This document shows, one piece after another, positions 57,958 through 64,000 of a DNA stretch of 64,000 nucleotides (positions within the stretch are counted from its first letter, which is position 1; every line of letters starts with the position of its first letter). Under the pieces are notes generated by a model. It made no database searches. It saw only the letters and a list, made by a program, of their open reading frames with translations, and was not told the DNA's origin. Both the position numbers and the translations under genes were made by a program. The stretch comes from Candidatus Woesearchaeota archaeon (GTDB taxonomy: Archaea > Nanobdellota > Nanobdellia > Woesearchaeales > 0-14-0-80-44-23), in NCBI GenBank assembly GCA_038874135.1, contig JAVZCZ010000001.1, positions 1 through 64,000 on the forward strand, written 5' to 3'.

Positions 57958-58488
57958 GTGAAAAATAGTGAAATTAAGGTTTTGATTAGGAGTATTCCAG
58001 ACTTTCCCAAGCAGGGAATACTCTTCAGGGATATAACACCAGTGCTTAAAAATCCTGAAGCCTTCAGAAGCGTAATTTCAAAACTTGCATCTCACGCCAA
58101 GAAGCAGGGAGCAACTGCAATAGTTAGTGCAGAGTCCCGCGGCTTCATACTGGGAGCAGCTCTCGCATACAAGCTTAAGCTTCCATTCATGCCTCTGAGA
58201 AAGCCTGGGAAGCTCCCATACAAGACGATAAGACAGGACTTCACCACAGAATACAGCACTGACGCTTTTGAAATCCACGAGGACGCCCTTTCAAGCAAAG
58301 ACAGGGCATACATTGTTGATGATGTCTTGGCAACTGGCGGCACTGTGAATGCAGCAATAGCACTTTGCAAGAAGCTTGGAGCAGAGGTCTCAGGCATAGG
58401 CTTTCTCATTGAACTGAAATCACTGAACGGCAGAAAAAACCTTGGGGAATATGCAAAGAAGGTGAAGAGCATAATAAAATATAAATAG
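57958..58488 (+). CDS. apt: Adenine phosphoribosyltransferase (bacterial-type)
   Basis: IPDFPKQGILFRDIT, ESRGF, RKPGKLP, VDDVLATGGT. Confidence 0.94.
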   Translation: MKNSEIKVLIRSIPDFPKQGILFRDITPVLKNPEAFRSVISKLASHAKKQGATAIVSAESRGFILGAALAYKLKLPFMPLRKPGKLPYKTIRQDFTTEYSTDAFEIHEDALSSKDRAYIVDDVLATGGTVNAAIALCKKLGAEVSGIGFLIELKSLNGRKNLGEYAKKVKSIIKYK

Positions 58489-58546
58489 TCATAATCAAAA
58501 TGAAGATAAGCTAAAAATTTAAGTTTTTACTGTGTGAGGTGAAAAA

Positions 58547-59227
58547 ATGGGAAGAACTTTAAAAGTTTTTGTGGTTTTGGCAATTCTGGCTTTGTTGAGT
58601 GTTTCCGTGCTTGGGAAGATGGGAGATTCTCCTTCGGGTATTGGCGCACAGCAGCCGGGATCTCAGCAGTTAGTAAATTCTTCTGAAAGGGTTGAAGCGC
58701 AGGTTGAGGTCAAGAATTCTGGAGAGAACTCTCAAATCAGGACTGAGGAGCAGACGCAGCTTGAAAATCCCGGTGTTGGGGCTCAGATTTCAAATCAGGA
58801 AAGGGAAACCGTTAAAATTGCAGTGAGCAATAACAAGATTGAGTTGAGCTCAGGAAACTCCACTGCTAAGACCTCCATGATAGTTAGGCGTGAAAAAACT
58901 GCTGCAGGTGAGGTTTTGAGAGTTAATCTTAGTAATGGAAGAAATGCAGAGATAAAGGTTATGCCCGACGTTGCATCTGAGAGGGCTCTTGAGAGGTTGA
59001 GACTTAAGGTCTGTTCTGCTGAGAACAACTGCACCATAGAGCTTAAAGAGGTTGGCTCTGGAAATAGGACTATAGCTGCTTATGAGGTGCAGGTTGAGAG
59101 GCACGCAAGGATACTCGGAATATTCCAAGCGAAGGTTCAGGAGAAGGTTCAGGTGGATGCTGAAAACGGCGAGGTTGTTAAGGTTCAGAAGCCTTGGTGG
59201 TCCTTCCTGGCTTTCGGTTCTGCGTGA
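58547..59227 (+). CDS. Secreted hypothetical protein with PepSY-like C-terminus
   Basis: Signal peptide; Q/N-rich linker; NAEIKVMP...VDAENGEV...KPWWSFLA. Confidence 0.7.
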   Translation: MGRTLKVFVVLAILALLSVSVLGKMGDSPSGIGAQQPGSQQLVNSSERVEAQVEVKNSGENSQIRTEEQTQLENPGVGAQISNQERETVKIAVSNNKIELSSGNSTAKTSMIVRREKTAAGEVLRVNLSNGRNAEIKVMPDVASERALERLRLKVCSAENNCTIELKEVGSGNRTIAAYEVQVERHARILGIFQAKVQEKVQVDAENGEVVKVQKPWWSFLAFGSA

Positions 59228-59246
59228 GCCATTTATTTACTTTTCT

Positions 59247-61040
59247 TTACTTTTCTTCGCTTTCACACTTTTTTTCTTCTTCTCTTACCCGCTTTAGTTC
59301 CTGTTTGAACATTTCAATTACTTCTGATGTTGTAGTTGCTTCTTCTGCACTCTTGTTTTCTCTGAAGTTTTGAAATCTTGGAAATCTAACTGCCAAGCCC
59401 CTTCCCAGCTCTTCCCTGGCGCAAGTGTGCACTGGACTCCTCGTTATCTCTGCACCTACCACTTCCACTACGACTTTCGGCTCAAACCACTGGTCCGCTT
59501 CCATTTCTGAGAGCACGCGAGCCGGCTTCTTCGGCACTTTCAGATTCTTGAACTTCTTTGGAAGCTCTTCTAAGATTTCGTCAGTGAGCCCTGCTCCCAG
59601 CTTGCATATCGTTTCAAATCTATCCCTTTTTTCATTGTATGTTGCGCATAGCAGCGCTCCGTAAGTGCCAGCCCTTTTGCCCTGGCCTGCAAATCCTCCC
59701 ACTACTACTAAGTCCAGAGTGTCTTGCATCCTGTTCATATAATCTTTCTTCCACTTTATCCAGAGCCATTCTCTGGCTCCTGCTCTATACACTGATTCTG
59801 GAGAACAGGACTTTGCTATTATGCCTTCGCATCCCCTCTCTATTGCTGAGAAGAAGAACTCTTCAATTCTGTCAGGGTTGTCAGTTACTATCCTGCGCGC
59901 AAGCTTTACTCTCTCAGATTCTTTTAGTACGCCTTCCAGGGCTTTTCTCCTTTCAGGGTAGGGACTTTTTAGGTAGCTCCTTCCGTTCAGGTATAGTAGA
60001 TCAAATGCGAAGAGGCATACTGGGACTTCCTTTGCGTATTTTTCAATTTCGTATTTTCTCTTTCTCTGCATCACGGTTTGGAATGGGAGCAGCTTTCCTT
60101 CCCGATCAACTGCAACGCCTTCCCCCTCTATTATGAACTCTTCTGACTTTATGCTTTTCTTCACACTTTCCACTACATCTGGGTATTGTTCAGTTATGTT
60201 TTCCAGCCTTCTTGAGTATATTACTATTGAATTTCCACTTCTGTGTATCTGCATCCTCTCTCCGTCATACTTCTCCTCTGCAGCCAGCTCTCCAGGGATC
60301 TTTTCCTGTATCAGCTCCAGTGTTTCTGCCCTCTGAGCAAGCATCATCTTAACAGGCCTTCCCACCTTTATGCCTATCTTTTTTATTCCGCTCAGCCCTT
60401 CTGCAGCTATTGTTCTTGCTATTAGTCCTATATCGTTTGATAGGTTGTAGGCTTCTTCAATCTCGCCTTTCGCCTCTTTGCTTCCTGTAAATGCTATTGC
60501 TAAGGCATCCAGTATGCTCATTGCTGCAATTCCAAGCCGCATTGTACCTAGGCATAATCTCACTATGTATTTTGCCTCTTCCCCGTCTGAGTGCTGAAGA
60601 AGTTCTGCAATTATTGACAGTTTTCTCTCCTGGCTTCCTTCTCCTCTTGTTTCAGCAATCTTTCTCAGAGTGTTGAATACATCCCTTACAGATAGCTCTC
60701 TTGTTTCTGTCTTGAAGAAAGAGCTGAGCCTGTTTTCTTTTTTAAGCGAGAGCTGTTGGGCTACTACGCCGAGGTCTCCTTTTTCTTTGAAGAGTGCTGA
60801 GACCTTTTTTTCAGGCTGGGCTGTTGCCATGGCTATTGCTTTTAGCACCATCCGCTCTGCCAAGCCCAGCTCAGGCATCTTGTACTCTGCATCTATCGTG
60901 CCTAGGCACAGGTATGCTACTATGTCTATTTCGTCTTTTGGGCAGTTCTTAAAAAGCTCTGCTAGTATCCTTCTTATCTCGTTTCCTGAGGATGTCTTCT
61001 CTAATTCTTCATAGATGCTGACTAGCTGTTTGAACTTCAT
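59247..61040 (-). CDS. lig: ATP-dependent DNA ligase
   Basis: EKYDGER, EGE, FDLLY, EGIIAK, WIKWK, VRFPRF. Confidence 0.96.
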   Translation of the reverse strand: MKFKQLVSIYEELEKTSSGNEIRRILAELFKNCPKDEIDIVAYLCLGTIDAEYKMPELGLAERMVLKAIAMATAQPEKKVSALFKEKGDLGVVAQQLSLKKENRLSSFFKTETRELSVRDVFNTLRKIAETRGEGSQERKLSIIAELLQHSDGEEAKYIVRLCLGTMRLGIAAMSILDALAIAFTGSKEAKGEIEEAYNLSNDIGLIARTIAAEGLSGIKKIGIKVGRPVKMMLAQRAETLELIQEKIPGELAAEEKYDGERMQIHRSGNSIVIYSRRLENITEQYPDVVESVKKSIKSEEFIIEGEGVAVDREGKLLPFQTVMQRKRKYEIEKYAKEVPVCLFAFDLLYLNGRSYLKSPYPERRKALEGVLKESERVKLARRIVTDNPDRIEEFFFSAIERGCEGIIAKSCSPESVYRAGAREWLWIKWKKDYMNRMQDTLDLVVVGGFAGQGKRAGTYGALLCATYNEKRDRFETICKLGAGLTDEILEELPKKFKNLKVPKKPARVLSEMEADQWFEPKVVVEVVGAEITRSPVHTCAREELGRGLAVRFPRFQNFRENKSAEEATTTSEVIEMFKQELKRVREEEKKCESEEK

Positions 61041-61109
61041 AACGCTTCAACCGATTAAACATTTCAAACTATTTAAACCTTTTTCAAGGTTTTTCTCCTA
61101 TGATGCGGG

Positions 61110-61163
61110 AAAACTTTTTTATATGAGTGTTTAATCAATACTAAATCAAAACTTTTTATATGA
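61110..61163 (+). promoter_or_regulatory. Tandem duplicated BRE-TATA promoters upstream of metG
   Basis: AAAACTTTTTTATATGA (61110-61126) and AAAACTTTTTATATGA (61148-61163). Confidence 0.55.
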
Positions 61164-61186
61164 ATACTGATTTGTAGGGGCGATTT

Positions 61187-63226
61187 GTGATGAGGAACAG
61201 CTCACGCGCGAGTGAAAAGAGGTATTATGTTACTACTCCAATTTATTATCCTAATGATATTCCTCATATTGGCAGTGCTTATACTACAATAGCTGCTGAC
61301 ATTCTTGCAAGGTGGCATCGCCTAGACGGCTATGATACCTTTTTCCTTACCGGGCTGGACGAGCATGGTAAGAAGATAGAGCAGGCTGCTCAGGCAAAGG
61401 GCTTGTCGCCAAAGGACTTTGTGGATGAGAAGGCAGTTCAGTTTCTTGACGCTTGGAAGAGGCTCAGCATTAGTTATGACAGGTTCATCAGGACTACTGA
61501 TTCTGATCACGAGAAGAATGTGCAGGCTATAATAAGAAGGGTTGCTGAGAATGGTGACATCTACAAAGCTGATTATGAGGGGTTGTACTGCACTGGCTGC
61601 GAAGCGTTTTATCTTGAAAAGGACCTTCTGGATGGAAACAGGTGTCCAGTGCACGGAACTCCTGTTGAGCGCATAACTGAGGAGTCATACTTCTTCAGGC
61701 TTAGCAAGTACAGGGATGCTCTTCTAAAGTTTTATAGGGAAAATCCCGACTTCATACTCCCAAGGAACAGGGCTCCTGAGGTAGTAGCAAGGGTTGAGGA
61801 AGAGCTTAAAGACTTGAGCATAAGCAGGAAGAACTTAAAGTGGGGCATTCCATTTCCTTTGGATGAAAGCCATACAACATATGTGTGGTTTGACGCCCTT
61901 TCCAACTACCTTTCCGGAATAAACTACTACTTTGACAGCTCAATCCAAAGCGGAGGGGATAACAGCCGCTTCTGGCCTCCTGATGTTCAGCTGGTTGGCA
62001 AGGACATAATCTGGTTCCACTGCGTGATATGGCCTGCCATGCTTATGTCTCTCGGAGTTCCACTGCCGAGGCACGTTGTTGCTCACGGCTGGTGGACTGT
62101 GGAGGGCGAAAAGATTTCTAAGAGCAAGGGAAATGTTGTAACCATAGACCAGCTTACCAAGTATGGAGTAGACCCAGCTAGGTATTTCCTATTCCGCGCA
62201 GTTCCTTTTGGTGCTGACGGGGACTTTTCTGAGAAGGAGTTTGTTAGAATCTTAAATTCTGAACTGGCTGACGGGCTGGGTAATCTTATAACGAGGACTT
62301 CAGCCCTGATAAGAAGGTTTCTAAATGCTAAGATTCCTGAGATGGCTCCATCTTCATACTTGTTTGATTCAGAGGACAACGCCTTAAAAGATGCCTGCGC
62401 TTCTGCCCTTGAAAATGCGCGTAGATTTATGCGTAATGCCGAGATTGACAGGGCTCTTCAAGAGGTTTGGCTTCTAGTTAAAGAGGCGAACAGGTACATA
62501 ACTGTTAAGCAGCCCTGGGCAATTGCCAAGCAGGACGCTGTACGGCTTGAAGGAGTGCTTTTCAACCTCACCCAAGCTATAAGATACATAGCATATATGA
62601 TACAGCCTTTCATGCCCGAAACTTCTGAAAAAATAATATCCCTATTCCACTTTAAGGAGAATAATTTTTCAGAGCTGTCCTGGGATTGCAGGAACTCTGG
62701 AAATATCTCTGAGGAGCTTAAACTCTTCTCAAAGGTTGAATTCAAGGAGAAGCCGAAGTTTCCCCTATGTCTCAGGATTGCTGAGGTGTTAGATGTTTCA
62801 GACCATCCCAGTGCAGATAAGCTGTACGTGCTCAAGCTAAATTTGGGAAGCGAGCAGCGGCAGCTGGTGGCAGGACTAAGAAACAGGATTCCCAAGGAAG
62901 AGATAATCGGAAGCAAGATAGTTATCGTAAGCAACCTCAAGCCTAAGATGCTCAGGGGCTTTGAGAGCAACGGCATGCTCCTAGCAGCTTCAACCAAGAA
63001 TCCTGACGGCTCGGAAAAGGTTGTGCTGCTCAGGCCTTCAGGCAGTCCTGGAGATGAAATATTCTGCGGCGATCTTGAGAACCTACATGAGCAGATAGAC
63101 ATTGAGGACTTCGCTAAGGTAAAGCTTGAAGTTAGGTCAGGCAGGATCTTCTGGAATGGGATGCAGCTCAGGCCTAAGAACGGCGAGCTCACTGCCGATA
63201 TTGAGGACGGTGCAGAAGTTAGATGA
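61187..63226 (+). CDS. metG: Methionine-tRNA ligase (bacterial-type) with C-terminal tRNA-binding domain
   Basis: YVTTPIYYPN..PHIG, GLDEHG, YVWFDAL, GKDI, KISKS, HPSADKL. Confidence 0.95.
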   Translation: MMRNSSRASEKRYYVTTPIYYPNDIPHIGSAYTTIAADILARWHRLDGYDTFFLTGLDEHGKKIEQAAQAKGLSPKDFVDEKAVQFLDAWKRLSISYDRFIRTTDSDHEKNVQAIIRRVAENGDIYKADYEGLYCTGCEAFYLEKDLLDGNRCPVHGTPVERITEESYFFRLSKYRDALLKFYRENPDFILPRNRAPEVVARVEEELKDLSISRKNLKWGIPFPLDESHTTYVWFDALSNYLSGINYYFDSSIQSGGDNSRFWPPDVQLVGKDIIWFHCVIWPAMLMSLGVPLPRHVVAHGWWTVEGEKISKSKGNVVTIDQLTKYGVDPARYFLFRAVPFGADGDFSEKEFVRILNSELADGLGNLITRTSALIRRFLNAKIPEMAPSSYLFDSEDNALKDACASALENARRFMRNAEIDRALQEVWLLVKEANRYITVKQPWAIAKQDAVRLEGVLFNLTQAIRYIAYMIQPFMPETSEKIISLFHFKENNFSELSWDCRNSGNISEELKLFSKVEFKEKPKFPLCLRIAEVLDVSDHPSADKLYVLKLNLGSEQRQLVAGLRNRIPKEEIIGSKIVIVSNLKPKMLRGFESNGMLLAASTKNPDGSEKVVLLRPSGSPGDEIFCGDLENLHEQIDIEDFAKVKLEVRSGRIFWNGMQLRPKNGELTADIEDGAEVR

Positions 63227-63241
63227 TGTTTTTTAGGCGTT

Positions 63242-63568
63242 TTATTCTTTTATGTAGAATCCCGTTGTTTCACTCTTGTAGAGGGTCCCCTTAACAATTA
63301 TGCTCATTCCCTGTTTGATGTTTCTGCTGCTGACTACAATTATCCTGTTCTGCTTCTCGTCTTCAAGTATGTAAGCGGATTGGTTGTTAAACTTTTGAAC
63401 TGAGTATACTATGCCTCTTACTGCTACTTCCTTTCCTACATTCTGTTCATTTGCTATTGAAAGTATATCTGATTCGGCATTCTGTTTTTCGCAGCCTGAT
63501 ATAATTACTGCCGAGATTACAATTAGAAATAGGATAGCTGCCCCTTGTTGAGGAATCTTCGCAGTCAT
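63242..63568 (-). CDS. OB-fold putative lipoprotein
   Basis: IISGC lipobox; GKEVAVRGIV...IIVKGTL OB-fold pattern. Confidence 0.65.
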   Translation of the reverse strand: MTAKIPQQGAAILFLIVISAVIISGCEKQNAESDILSIANEQNVGKEVAVRGIVYSVQKFNNQSAYILEDEKQNRIIVVSSRNIKQGMSIIVKGTLYKSETTGFYIKE

Positions 63569-63631
63569 ACTGGCATATTATCCTTTCAGATTTTTATATT
63601 TTGCGATGAATTAAGAAAAGAGAAAAATTTT

Positions 63632-64000
63632 TTAGAATTCTATCTTTACATCCTTTTTTGCTTCCTCTTCTGCCTTGAATGGTTCCTTTCTAGTGTAGTG
63701 TAGCATGTTTGCTATGAACACGTAGGGAATCTGTTCTATTCTAGTGTTAAATGAGTATACAGAATCGTTGTAGAATTCTCTTCTGTCTGCGAGAATGTTT
63801 TCTATATCGCTTATCCTGTTCATAAGCTGGGTTACATTCTCATTTGCCTTCAAGTTTGGATAGCTCTCTACAACTGCGAAAACTGATCTGACTGCAGACT
63901 CCATCATCTTGTCCGCCTTTGCCTTTTCCTTTACGGTTTTGGCGCTGGCAAATGCGTTTCTGGCTTGAACTACCATGTTCAGGGTTTCCTTTTCGTGCTT
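63632..64000 (-). CDS. lemA: LemA family protein (3' part; start outside window)
   Basis: KHEKETL..VVQAR, AVVESYPNLKANEN, RREFYNDSV..FNTRI...P. Confidence 0.92.
   Translation of the reverse strand, partial: KHEKETLNMVVQARNAFASAKTVKEKAKADKMMESAVRSVFAVVESYPNLKANENVTQLMNRISDIENILADRREFYNDSVYSFNTRIEQIPYVFIANMLHYTRKEPFKAEEEAKKDVKIEF

Overview
Gene-dense segment of an archaeal chromosome, most consistent with a DPANN archaeon of the Woesearchaeota/Nanobdellota type. This is inferred from split RpoA'/A'' and RpoB'/B'', eS1/eL42/eL30/eL37, GINS, exosome, proteasome, KEOPS, an S-layer protein, 'KRAQ'-type class III signal proteins, and TATA boxes about 23 nt upstream of many starts. It carries core clusters: rpoH-B''-B'-A'-A''-rpl30e-nusA-rps12; pop5-psmA-sdo1-rrp4-rrp41-rrp42-rpoK; and slyD-ftsZ-secE-spt5-rpl11. 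It also has six tRNAs (two with introns), an ArsR-Trx-ArsP operon, repair genes (Lhr, Rad50, MPE, ligase), salvage genes (mtnP, apt) and a Cys-rich surface-protein operon. The most notable unannotated signal is non-coding. Upstream of dnaG lies a well-formed archaeal box H/ACA guide RNA (K-turn, ACA box, 14-nt rule) predicted to target 23S helix 69 (Psi1917, E. coli numbering). It is followed by an unexplained ~170-nt rod-shaped RNA with an SRP-helix-8-like apex. Several other operons have structured 5' leaders that begin at the predicted transcription start. No CRISPR, IS/transposase, integrase or rRNA was seen. All protein calls come from motif recognition and all RNA structures were folded by hand; no searches were run.
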